A stretch of 64,000 nucleotides of DNA from positions 176,082,001 through 176,146,000 of the forward strand of contig NC_058368.1 of assembly GCF_018350175.1 (NCBI RefSeq), given 5' to 3'. A program made the position numbers and the translations under genes. The notes under the pieces were generated by a model that was not told where the DNA came from, searched no databases, and saw only the letters and a program-made list of their open reading frames with translations. The DNA is from Felis catus. Its lineage: Eukaryota. How positions within the stretch are numbered: position 1 is the stretch's first letter; every line of letters starts with the position of its first letter. Shown here in pieces: positions 24,891 to 37,169 of the stretch.

Positions 24891-27800
24891 TAGGATTTGT
24901 TCTGGATTAATTTTTATAGGCCATATGTATACATGCTTCAAAACTCAAGATATGCAAAAATGTATACCCTGAGGAGTCTCTCTTGATTCTCAGTTCGTCT
25001 GGCCAGATCCCACCGCCTCGCAGCCCCCAGGTAACGACTGGTATTCATTCCTCATTGGTTCTTCAATAATTTCTTTATGCACCTGCAAACTGATGCTTAT
25101 ATTTGCTTCTTATTTACACAAAACATAGGTTTCCACATTCTGCATCCAATACTCCACACTGGTACCACTTCTGGGAATCTGTTCTTAGAAAATAACTGGA
25201 AAGTTTGCTGTATGACCAAATATATTAATTGCAGCATTATTTATAATAGTTTAAAAAGGGGGGTGGGGGGACCCTGAACGCACAAAAACAGGAAACGGCT
25301 GCCAAGACTATTCGCAAACCATGTTTGTCTTTGTAGACAGTATTCAACAGCACGGGCAAAGGCTTACAATTTTCTATCAAGTAGAAGAATCAGATCAGAA
25401 ATAGCACAGAACGTGTCTTTGGCCAGTGAAACATGTATAGAATAGGAATGGTAAACACCGCACCTAAATATTGGTGGTGCTTCTTGTCAATTGGCGAAAT
25501 TGTTTTTTCTTCCTCTTCCCTGTTTCCCAAAATGACAACAGTGAGCTTGTAAATTTTTTTTTAATATAATAGGGGAGGGGTAGCAACGTATCTCCCACCT
25601 CCTGGGAGATTCTCCGAAGGTGTCTGGGCACCTTCATATGTAAGGGTGACCGAACTGGGATGCGGTAAGGTAAGGGCTGGATTCCACGTTCCTTTCCCCT
25701 GCTTTGGAAATAGGAATCCCTTGGCCCCAGGCCTGAGGCTGCCATTTCTTTGCTGCTGTGAGGTTTGCTCCCCTGACGCTCTCTGGTCCAGTGTAGCTGG
25801 TGCTGGGAAATCACCCTCCGCCCCATCAGAGCCTTTGTATTAGTGCATTGGAGCTTTCATTCCGTCTCTCCTTCCGCCCTGAGGAATGTTCCTCAGACAA
25901 GATGATGCTCTACCATCTCCTGTCGACAGGAAGTATCTCCTTCGTCGCACCCGTCATCCCCCCCGCCACAGCCCACACCCACCCATAAGCCCCGTCCAGA
26001 TATGTCCCCTCCCCTCCCACTTCATGCCAGCCCACTGGGGCCCCCCAAATTCGCCCCCATTTTTCCATCTTTCTTTTAGTCAGGCCAGAATTGTCCAATG
26101 CATGGTAGTACCCGGATTTTCAAAAATTACCAAGCACTGTCCTGACTTGTTACAAGTATATTAAGACAAAACACAAAATTGACTTTTTGATAAGTGTATT
26201 AAGACAAAATGCAGCCAGGGTCTCAAACCCCTGATTTATTGGGTATTACTACTTGGGGCAAGGCTAAAATAAGCTTTCGAGTAAAGACAAAGTGCCCCTA
26301 TCTCCCCCCCAAAAATGTTATTTTAGTAAATATATTATGTACTTCGTATGTTTATTTACCATTATCTGTACATGTTTACACATTTATCTTACCTGGGTAT
26401 GGCAAACAATTGGGGTTAAGGAACCTCTACAACAGGTTATTAATTTTTTTAATGGTTTAATACATATCCGGGAGGGCTATATTCGTTGCCACCCTTGAGA
26501 CTCCCACCCTGAGAAGTGGGCCTGGGCAGAAAAGCACACAGCTGGAGCTCCACATATGGAAACCGACAGGCTTCTAAACAGAAGACCACGCTCAGTGCAG
26601 CACTTTCCCCAGTGAATTCTGTTAGGGCAGAATTCCACCTGCCTCCCCGGGGAGCACCTTCCCGACCCTGCCTGAAAGTTCCCGAGGTTGGGGCCAAGGC
26701 CTAGGGTGGTCCACTCTTACCCAGGAGAGGAAACCAGTCTGCAAGCAACCTTCCCAGGCACAGTGAAAGAGGCCCCACTCACCATGCAGCAGGGCCGGGA
26801 GCAAATCCCACTTGCTGAATAACAGCCTGCATTTTTAAATCACTTGCTGAGGTCATCTGGTCCAATCCCGGTGAGACACAACATACCTTCCCAAACCCTC
26901 TCCGTTTCCTGAAAGAAGAGATGACAAGCCAGGATCTCCCCACCTCCTCCAAACAGAGGGGGAAAAAAAAGAGAGAAGGAAAAGGGATGGAAACAAAGAT
27001 GGACCAAGTTAAACAGAGCAGGGCCTTTTAATCCCCCTGCACTTAAGTTTGGGACGCTCGGACATTTGGTGCTTTTCTGGGCAGCCTAAAATGAGGACCC
27101 TTCAGCACTCCTCACGTGCAAACTGGAAAGCCACACATGGGGTGGGAGCGGAGCAGGGGTGGGGGCAGGCAAGAGGGTTCCTAGACTCCAAGACTTCAGG
27201 GGATTAGGGAAGTGACAGGCGTCTTGTGCAGGGAACACTGCCAGCCCCCGCCCCCCGCCCCCACTCCTGTGTCCAGCCTTCCCTGTCCCATCCTGGCTGC
27301 TGAGCCCCGCTTCTCCCTGGGTCTCAGTTCCACACTGGGGATGTTTGGGGAGGTGGGGGAGGGCTTGGCAGGTCTGGTCCCCACCAACTGCCACCTTGCC
27401 GGGTGTGAGCAGAACAGCAGGTGGGTCCAGAAGGAAGGCACAGTTTGCCCGTGTTGGCATCTGGCAGCATCATGCTGCAGCTTCCATGATATAAATACAG
27501 GGAGCGAAAATAGCTAATCCCAGATAACAGCGGTGTAATCACCCAGCACCCGGCCTGGAATCCCGGAGAATTTGGAGGCAGCAGCTGCCGGGGCTGCCCC
27601 CATCAGCAGCCCACTGCCCCTGGGTGGCCTGGGCCGAGAGCGCAAGAGAGCACGGACTAACTGGGAGAAAGAGACCTGATGAAAAAACACCTCTGAGCGG
27701 GCGCTCTGCCTGGGAAGAGATGCGTCTTCCAGAAGCACCGTGGAAGTTCTGAGCTTGCAGCCATGTGAACCTGGCCTCCCTGATCCTACTTGAGATACGA

Positions 27801-30800
27801 CGATGTACGTGAAATCATGGGGTTCTGGGGTTTGCTTTGTGTGACTTCCAGGCGTTATTGACATCATTGGTCTTCTTACTGTCCTGCAGAGTCTGGGAGG
27901 GTTGGGGCCGCTCCCACGCGTCTGCCACGTTCTGGCTCCCAGGACCAAGATGGTGGATCTGCGGCCACCAACTCTGGGCTCCTGCCCCCAGTCCTGACAT
28001 GGAGACACAGCAAGTGGTTACCGCTGAACGTCCACAAGATGGCTTGCAGCCACCGTTCCTGCGGCGACCACCAGCTTCTTCTCTTCTGGGAGAAGCTGCT
28101 GGGCGGGCTGTCTTCAGCCATTTTGCTCAAACGAGACATTTAATGAGGACCTGGTGAGATGGTGCAACAAGCTCAGGCCTCCTCTCTCCTGCTTCATGAG
28201 TCCCTTGATTATCTGCCGATTGATGGACAAGCAATCCCCAGCCGCCAGTCATGTCTTTCTTCACACCCTGCTTCATCCGAGCTCCTCAGTTGCACCTCTG
28301 AAGGGCCCTGGACACTTCGATCCCTTCTGCTGGGTCATGAGGCACGCTCTCTCTCAGGCACTGCAGACACAGGCTGGCAGGCGTGAGGACGGCTCAGGCT
28401 GGGCGGCTGTGGAAGGACAGTAATGGGACCAGGCCACAGAGGTGCTCAGAAGCAAGGGTGGGGGCCGGGCCTCAGAAGTACGTCCTCAGTGAGCACCCAA
28501 GAGAGCTGGTTCCCTATGGAACCATGATTACCATCCTTTGTATACCAAAAGGGAAGAGGAACATTCCAGAGCAGACCAGAAGGGACCGGAGGTGGAGTCA
28601 CTTGTCACCCCCACACATTCTAGGGGTGACAGTGAACAAGAATGGTTTCTGAGAGGCTGTTCTGTGATTCTCGAGATTGGAGAACCCAATTTACTGTGAA
28701 TAGCGTTATTTTTGTTTTGGAGTTTCATGTCACTTTATTACACAAGAGCTTCATATAGTCAACCACAGATGGAAGTCACCACATTCTCTACCGCTAACAC
28801 GGTGTTAAAGATCAGCCACAAACATTTCAGTGCAAAGCAAACCATGAGCTTCACAAAGCTCCGAGCCCCAAGCTGAAGGTGGCAAGTGGAAATGATTGAA
28901 GGTTTGCCCACCTCAAGGTCACCACAGCCCACCCGTCAAAAGAAGGGCATGTGAGGTTGAAATGCCATCCTGGGCCACCATAGGAGGCTCAGCCACCAAG
29001 ATCAAACCCAAAGAGAATGTTCAGTGCTTATCATTATAAAAGCATTTCACAATTAAGTACAAAACTTGTACAAAATTTGGGACAGAAATTGAGACAAAAG
29101 TGCAAAATTTGCATGTACAAAAGACAGAAATTGCATTATGATATGATCTCAATTACGTAAAGATAATGGAAAGCCACACACCCGAACACAGTCTGTGCTT
29201 TTCATCACTTAGTAAGATTATGATTTTTTTCTTCTTTCTCATGAAAGAAACTTGGGTTTCTCCACCAGTTTATTACCCTTCTAAAGAAGGGACATGGGAC
29301 CTGACAATCCCCTGTGCATTAGAGAAACCCATGATTTCTTAGATATGATTGCTTAGGTCAACGTTGAAAATAAGTTTTCAAGTAAAAAAAAAAAAAAGTG
29401 AGTCAATTTAAATTAAAATATTAAATAAAAATAGTATAGATATTATCTAATTATGACAAACAACTGAGGTTTAGGAAACTCTAAATTGGTGTATTAGTTT
29501 TTAAAAGCCTGAAAAATATGTACAAATGTCTGACTTGGGGGATAACCCATTCCACCCTTAAGATGCCTGCCACAAAGGGGGATCCACACAGAGGATCGAG
29601 AGAGGAACGAAGTTCACAAGGAGCATGTGACAGGCCAGCAGGCCCCTAAATGAAGGGCAACACTGAAGTCACTCTTCATCCCCAGGTGAATCCATGAGGC
29701 CCCGCGGGAGTCTCCTGATCCAGTGAGCTTTAACACTGGCCCAGACACTGCTCGGCCAACACAGATCCTTGGTCCTTTGATCTCGGTCACCTGAACTGAG
29801 ATCAAAGATGACGGTTGGGATAATAATTGCAATGCATCCTAACTAGAGCTGAATCTCTTACTCGCCACTGAAAAGTTTTTCCCTATATATATTTAACAGA
29901 AAATGGACCCCCCAAAATGAGAGAGAATAAAAAGAGAAAGGAAATGGCATTCATTTAATACATACTATGTGCCAAAAACTGCATTAGAAACAGGATGTAT
30001 TTCATTGACTGCAGCCCCCAACAACAACTGAAACATCACACTCTCCATTTCACAGATGAGAAAACAGAGCCTCAGAGAGGTTAAATAACTCATGAAAGGT
30101 CACCCAGCTAGAAGCGCCCAAGCAAAGATCCAAATCTGGTGAATCTGAAGCCAAAGCCCAAGGTCTCGGCACGAAAGCACACTGCTCCCAGTCTCTGAAA
30201 GGGGGTGTGTACGTGCACAGAAAGCGATGAGGGGGTAAGAAGAAGGAACGTGAGCTGCAATTGACAAGATTCCAGGTGGTTGACAATCTTTCTCACCAGA
30301 CGTTTCAGCAGCGGGGAGACACATGAGCTCAGAAAAAGAAAGCCAGATAAGGAAACGAAGTCAAGGATAAAAAGCAAGTGCGCGGGGCCGCGCTGTGGAA
30401 TTAGCTTCTTGGCTCTGCATTTGTTGGGCCGGTGCCTCCGGCTCCAGAAATGGACCCCTCTGGCCGGTATGTAAACCCGGGTTCCACTGCATACAAAGTG
30501 AACAGGCCCAGGTCTTCCATGTCTGCCAGACATGCAACTCCAGCTGTAATCTAATCGCACCCCTTGAAGCCCCAGCCAGCAATCTCTTTCCCTCACCCTG
30601 TCACAAATGCCATCACGTTGCATCACAGACTCCCCTCACACGCACAGACCCGGCAGGACACTGGGACCTGTCTTGGCCACACATCCACAGATCGGCAGGG
30701 TCAGCCCTGGTTCTGCACAGTTCACAAAGGCCAAAATAAAAGTGAGACCCAGAGGGGCCCTTGGGGGTGACTGGCCCAGGGAGGTCAAGGCTTGGGAGCT

Positions 30801-31045
30801 GTCAGTCAGCCAAGTCCTGATTCCTTGCTGCGGCACACTGTGGATCTGCTCAGGGAAGGCTATTAGAGACAAAAGCGAAAAAGAAAGAAAGAAGCCAGGG
30901 ATGCTTCCTGAAGTGCAGGGAGTTAGCACTATACGTGTGGGAAAAGGTATAATGAAAACTCACCTGATGACCCAGATTGAAGGTTTGACTGCTATAATGA
31001 GCATTGTACCAACATCTGGCCTGAGGCTTAGAAAGCCACAGAGCA

Positions 31046-31181
31046 GGGCACGTAGTGGCTCAGGTCATGATCTCATGGTTGGTGCGTGAGTTCGAACGCT
31101 ACATCGGGCTCCCTGCTCTCCGTGCAGAGCCTGCTTGGGATCCTCTGTTCCCCTCTCTCTCTGCCCCTCCCCTGCTCACTT

Positions 31182-31230
<49 letters not shown>

Positions 31231-31258
31231 AATAAATAAACATTAAAAAAAAAAAAAA
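31046..31258 (+). mobile_element. CAN-SINE with internal 5' deletion and long (CT)n
   Basis: Head jumps GTGGCTCAG|GTCATG; long CT run; AAAG(C/T)CACAGA flanks. Confidence 0.85.
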
Positions 31259-32108
31259 GTCACAGAAGGACTGATGACCTGAGGCAAACAGCCTTGGGCA
31301 CCACCACCCAGGGCTGGGAGTCAGCAGGGTCCTCCTTCCAAAGGAGTTCAGATGCCTCTGGAAATCCTGGGTTGAGGATCAAGAGGAAACGGACTTCAGC
31401 ACTTTGCATTTGTACAGAATTCCATGTCTCCATGCAGCTTGTGTAATTTGCTCCCACAGTAATCTGCAAGGCAAGTAAGCCCAGTGTTATTGTCCTCTTC
31501 CAACTAATGAAGAAACCAAAGTACGTGGGACCCACAGTCCTACAAATAGTTCATGACCAAGCTGAGACTAGAACCAGAATCTGGAAGAGCGACTGTCACC
31601 AGTAACAGGCTAGGTCATTCAGACCAAACACCACTCTGCTGAGGACAAATATAAAACTTGCAGAAACAGCAAATCCTTAACTGCACAAATGGAAGAAATT
31701 CATAAATTGTCTTGGAATATATAAAGAAGAGAGATATTGCTAAGTTCGATCTGTTACTTTCCCCAGCACATTTTAAACTGGGAGATTATCAGTAAACTCA
31801 AAGGCAGTAACAAAATGACCCAGCCACTCTTCTCAGTAAATGTAGTAAGTATATTTAGTAGTAGCTGTATTGTTATGAATCCTAAATAGTGATCACTTTG
31901 CCTTAGATGTGAGGATTTATCATTAAAGCATGTAAAGGTAAAACAAGGGGAAAGAAAATCTGTATGTGCTTTTTTTTTTTTTTGGAGGTGGCTTCTTTGT
32001 GAGAATTTTGACTGACAGAATATTTTTTGAGAAAGAAAAGGAATAAATCCAGTGAAATACATTGGTCGTTTATGAACATTTGTTTTGTGCTTTTAAAAAA
32101 ACTGATTA

Positions 32109-32326
32109 GGGGGGCGCCTGGGTGGCGCAGTCGGTTAAGCGTCCGACTTCAGCCAGGTCACGATCTCGCCGTCCGTGAGTTCGAGCCCCGCGTCGGGCTC
32201 TGGGCTGATGGCTCAGAGCCTGGAGCCTGTTTCCGATTCTGTGTCTCCCTCTCTCTCTGCCCCTCCCCCGTTCATGCTCTGTCTCTCTCTGTCCCAAAAA
32301 TAAATAAACGTTGAAAAAAAAAAAAA
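32109..32326 (+). mobile_element. Young felid SINEC_Fc
   Basis: CpG-intact body; AAAAAAACTGAT flanks. Confidence 0.93.
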
Positions 32327-32334
32327 ACTGATGA

Positions 32335-32578
32335 GGGGCACCTGGGTGGCTCAGTCGGTTGAGCGTCCGACTTCGGCTCAGGTCATGATCTCATGGTCCG
32401 TGAGTTCCAGCCCCGCGTCGGGCTCTGTGCTGATGGCTCAGAGCCTGGAGCCTGTTTCAGATTCTGTGTCTCCCTCTCTCTCTGACCCTCCCCCGTTCAT
32501 GCTCTGTCTCTCTCTGTCTCAAAAATAAATAAACGTTAAAAAATTTTTAAAAATAAATAAATAAATAAATAAATAAAC
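32335..32578 (+). mobile_element. Felid SINEC_Fc
   Basis: Full body, (AAAT)n tail, AAACTGATGA flanks. Confidence 0.92.
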
Positions 32579-32638
32579 AAACTGATGATTATTCGCAGCA
32601 ACAAACAAAAAAAACCTGCTTAAAGACACCAGAGGGCT

Positions 32639-32803
32639 GGCCCACCTGGCTGGCTCAGTCAGTTGAGCATCTAACTCCTGATTTCAGCTCAGATCATGAT
32701 CCCAGGATTGTGGGCTTGAGCCCTGTGTCAGGCTCCGTGCCCAGCACAGAATCTGCTTGAAATTCTCTCTTTCCCTCTGCCCCATTCCTGCTTGTGTTCT
32801 CTC

Positions 32804-32856
<53 letters not shown>

Positions 32857-32906
32857 ATTTTAAACAAAGAAAAGAAAATGTAGCAAAAGAATGTTAAAAA
32901 AAAAAA
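32639..32906 (+). mobile_element. Older CAN-SINE with (GATA)n in tail
   Basis: TSD AAAGACACCAGAGGGCT at 32622-32638 and 32907-32923. Confidence 0.85.
32804..32855. repeat. (GATA)13 microsatellite
   Basis: Read directly. Confidence 0.95.
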
Positions 32907-34062
32907 AAAGACACCAGAGGGCTAACAAAATAATGAAGAATTACCAGCCAGGATCCAAGGGAAGAAGGAGGCCCAGAGAAGTGAGTCCATTCTTTGAGCT
33001 GCTTGAAGACGTGGGGGCATTTGCTAATTCTACCAGGGGTGGCTGAGAGGCTGAGTGGCACTTTGGACAGCTTCACAGGGATAAAGGGGCAGAGATCGTA
33101 TCTAAGGCCTACCAAGAGTTTGGGACTTGAAAGGATTGGAACTCCAAAAGGATGCTCTCTGCAAGAAGTGTGAACCAGAAGTCGACAGGCCCTTGCGGGG
33201 ACTACAGCTCAGCTTCAAGTATTCTAAAGCCCTAAAATTAGATTTAAGTAATCCTGGATCATTGGTGTCCCCAGAGCCTGACAGAAGCAAAGACAAATCT
33301 TGGGAAGAAAATAACATCCCCGGAGGCTTCAAATTAATCCCACATGGAACCTACAGATACAATGCCCAAAACACAATGAAAAATAATAAGGCACAAAGAA
33401 CACAAAGCAGTATTTTTAAAAAAGGAATAAGAAAAAAATCAACAAATAGTAGAAACAGATCACAGAGGCTCTGGATATTGGAGTTATCAAACACTTCAGA
33501 GTAACTATGCATAGCACGTTCTAGGAAATAAAAGATAAGACTAGAAATTCCCCCAGGAAATGATACTAGTTACCTGAGCCAGGTACTTATGTACTAAGGT
33601 GTTGGCCTTAATTCTTCTCCTTTCTTTATCCCCCAAAACCAATCCATCAGCACATCAGTGGGCTCTACTTCCAAAAAAAAATTATCAGTTTGAATTTTTT
33701 CATTTTCTCCCACCAGAATGTTATCTTTTTTAATGCAGGAACTTTGTTGTTCTTTGGGGCTTTGATTTATTTTTACTAGTGCATCCCCAGTTTGTGGCTC
33801 AGTGACTGTCATTTAACAGGCCTTCAAGAAATATGGGTCACTAGCTACGAATGTCAGAGAATGTGTCACAGGGGAGGTGATATTTGAGCTGGGTCTTGAA
33901 ATATAACTGTGTTCACCTGCTAGAGAAGGAGGAAGAGAATACCAGGAAGAGGGAACCAACTATACAAGCAAACACGAAAAGCATAGAGTGTCTGAGAAGC
34001 TCAGACTCTAAAGGCAGGCATGCTCAGTTCAAATTCTAGGTCAGCCCCTAGTTCTGTAACTC

Positions 34063-34082
34063 TTTTTTTTTTTTAATTCATT

Positions 34083-34119
<37 letters not shown>

Positions 34120-34269
34120 AAGGTGCGGGGGGCGGGTAGGGGACAGAAGATCTGAAATGGACTCTGCATTGACAGCAGAAAGCCCAACTCGGGACTCAAA
34201 CTCACGAGCCATGAGATCATGACCTGAGCTGAAGTCAGACGCTCAACTGACTGAGCCAGCTAGGCTCCC
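34063..34269 (-). mobile_element. CAN-SINE
   Basis: Poly(T), (GA)n, reverse SINE body. Confidence 0.85.
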
Positions 34270-34699
34270 CCTATAACCTTTTGAAAAGCGGTTTTCTGAT
34301 CAGAGTAAAATGGAACTAACACTAGTACATTCTTCCTAGGGCTGTCCTGAGAATTAAATGAGAATAGCATAGCACACTGTGAGTATGCAGTAAATGGCAG
34401 TTTTATTGATATTGATCCATGTATTATTAAAAACAGTTTTAATAATTTGGCTTGGCTAGACTGTGGGTTGCATGAGGAGTTTCTGGAGGATGTAACTAGA
34501 TGGTCAGGTTGGAGTCGAATCACTTGAGGTCAGAAGAGCCTCAAAATCACAGCAGCAGTCGCCAAGTGGTCACACCTTTGCCAATCACTCTGTCACTCAA
34601 AGCATTAGATGATCAGCAAACTCTCACCTGAAAGCCAGCCTATTCTTATGCAAGTTAAACAGTGATCAGCTAATACAGAGCAACTCTCGATTATTACAG

Positions 34700-35200
34700 T
34701 TGCTATACTGGTTTATCTAATGCTTCATAGCAAATCCCCCCAAATCCTGACAGCTTACAAAACAGTGAACATGTATTATCTCATACAGCTACTGGGTCAG
34801 GAATACAGGAACAGCTTAGCTGGGTTCTTCTGGCTTGGGGTATCCCATGAGATGCAAGACAGGTACAGTCATCTAAAGGCTTAACTGAGGCTGGAAGATT
34901 CACTTTCAAGACTGCTCCCGTGGTTGTCAAGTTCCAGCTAGCTGTTGGCAGGAGGCCTCAGTTATTTGCCGCAGAGACTACAGGGCTGAGTGTCCTCATA
35001 ACCTGATAGCTAGTTTTCCCCAAAGCACGTGATCCAAAAGACGGCAAGGAGAAGTCACAATGTCATTTAAGACTGAGCATCAGAGGCCATCCACAGTCAT
35101 TTCTACAACACCCTATTGGCTACCAGGTCAGCCCCACTCATTGTGGGAGGGGATGGGGGGCTCAAGTCTTTTCCACATGGCCTCTTATCCTTCCAGAATA
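34700..35200. mobile_element. MLT1-type MaLR LTR
   Basis: ctgggtcaggaatacaggaacagcttagctggg...ggctggaagattcactttcaag...ggcaggaggcctcagtt pattern. Confidence 0.65.
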
Positions 35201-35479
35201 CCAGAAAGCAAGGATCGTGGGGACTATCTTGGGACCTGGCTGCCACAGTTGGCCAGAACAGAATGGAATTTCTCCTCACATCCCAACAGAGCATGTAACA
35301 ATGCTAAAAAAGAAAGCACAAAAATGGAGAGCAGAACAGGACTGCTGAAGGAATAAAGTAATAGGAAAGTATAAATATGTCAAGTAAATAAAGTATAATA
35401 GTAGCCATAATAGCCATCATTTATTGAATGCTTCCCTTATCCTGGACAAAAGCCAAGATCTTTCCATGCTCTATCTCAG

Positions 35480-35693
35480 TAGTCAAAAAGCTATGATCCA
35501 TGGGCCCTGTCTAGCCTACCACCTGGCTGTGTGAAGAAAGTCTTCATGGAACACAGCCACCCCTATTCAAATATGCATTATCTCTGACTACTTTTGCCTA
35601 CAACAGCAAATGAAGAGTTGTAACAGAAAGCATATGGTCTGAAAAGCCAAAAATATTAATCTGGTACTTTACAGAAAAACTTTACCAATCTGC
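35480..35693. mobile_element. MER58-like hAT-Charlie DNA transposon fossil
   Basis: tggaacacagccac...catatggtctgaaaagccaaaaatatt...tttacagaaaaa pattern. Confidence 0.65.
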
Positions 35694-36194
35694 TGTGTTC
35701 TATCTCACTAAAACCTCCTAAAACCCATATGACGAGGGTTGGGGGGAAGGAGAAACAAAAGTTTTTAATTTGAAAAATGTAAAAACCGATGAGGGAAATG
35801 ATACTACTTGCCTCATTTTATAGATGAAGAGACTGAGGATCAGATAAGTGACTTCTCCAAGACTGTGTTCATCTTAAGTAACAGAGTAAGGTTGGTATCA
35901 GCCTGACCTCAGGGGCTGGCTTATACTGGGCGAGGAATCAGAAAGGCTGGCTTTTCCAAGGAGGTACGTGACCTTAAGTAATTATTTAATGTCTTGTTTT
36001 TCATTTCATCTCTCTGCTAGGGATAGATTTTTAAATGTCTGACAAACTAGTTCATAGGAAAGTCAAGTGACAAATATAAAAATAGAATAAAAAGGTAGCA
36101 GACACTTCAACAAAAAGAATTAGCATTTTCAATGTATGTTGCTAAGATTTATAAGGAAGAGCTCTAGGAGAAATGACCAGAAAAGAAGGATCTC

Positions 36195-36930
36195 AATTAT
36201 CTCTGCAAAACAGACCATCCAAAATTTACTGGTTTAAAGCAACAACAATTTACTATTTGTCATGATTTTGTGGGTTGTTTGGATGATTCCTCTGCTGGTT
36301 TCCCCCCAGGCTCACTTAGGCAGCTGCATTCAGTTAGAGCACAGGTTCTCAAACAGGGATGAATTCCCCCCCCCCCCCAGGGAACATTTAGGAATGTCTG
36401 GCGACATCATTGGTGGTGCTACTTTCATCTCATGGGTAGAGGCCAGGGATGCTGTAAAACATCGTATGGTATATAGGTCACCCCCCACAAGGAAGAATTA
36501 TCTGGAACCACATGTCAATAGTGCCAAGGTTGAGAAACTCAAGCTAGAGGGTCCACAGAGCTGGAAAACTCAAGACGCCCTCACTCACACTTCTGGAGCT
36601 GGTGCTGGCCATTGGCTAGGGGCCTCAGTTCTCCTCCGTGCGGCCTCTCGTCCTCCATCCAGTAGGCCAGACCAGCTTCCTGACAGCACGGTCTCAGGGC
36701 AGAGTATCAAGGGAGTGAAGGTGGAAGCTTCAAGGCCTCTTGAGATCTGGGCTCTGGAACTCACCCAAGGTGGCCTCCATCACATTCTATTGGCCAAAGC
36801 AGGCCACAGGTCAGCCCAGATTTTAGGCAGTGTAGGAACAGACTCCACTTCTGCTGGGGAGGAACAGCAAAGTCACATTCAAAGGGGTGTGTATACTGAG
36901 ATGGGAGGGATCAATGACTATTACATAATC
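36195..36930. mobile_element. MLT1-type MaLR LTR interrupted by MER20
   Basis: MLT1 motifs (aaaatttactggtttaaagcaacaacaattt...cacattctattggccaaagcagg) on both sides of MER20. Confidence 0.65.
36341..36540. mobile_element. MER20 hAT-Charlie DNA transposon
   Basis: ggttctcaa...gggtagaggccagggatgctg...tgtcaatagtgccaaggttgagaaac. Confidence 0.8.
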
Positions 36931-36996
36931 TACCACAAGAAATAAGATTAAACATGTTTCCGCTGGAGCCCCATAATTCAGGGGACAGATCTAAGC

Positions 36997-37169
36997 TAGT
37001 GATTCTCAAAGTGTGCAGCATGAGCATCACCCGAGAACGTGTCAGGAATGCAAACTCTTGGGTCCTGTCCAACCCAACTGAGTCAGAGACAGAGGGGTGG
37101 CAACCAGTAATCTGTGTGTTAACAAGTCCTCCAGGTGATTCGGTGTTCATTCAAGTTTAAGAACCACTG
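36997..37169. mobile_element. MER5A-like hAT-Charlie element
   Basis: Terminal inverted ends tagtgattctcaaa / tttaagaaccactg; internal aacaagtcctccaggtgatt. Confidence 0.8.

Noticed and set aside
32804..32855. (GATA)13 as a GATA-factor array
   Set aside because: Common tetranucleotide microsatellite arising in a SINE tail; no supporting context.
36262..36945. 227-aa ORF on +
   Set aside because: Runs across MLT1 LTR and MER20 non-coding repeat fossils; no protein family signal.
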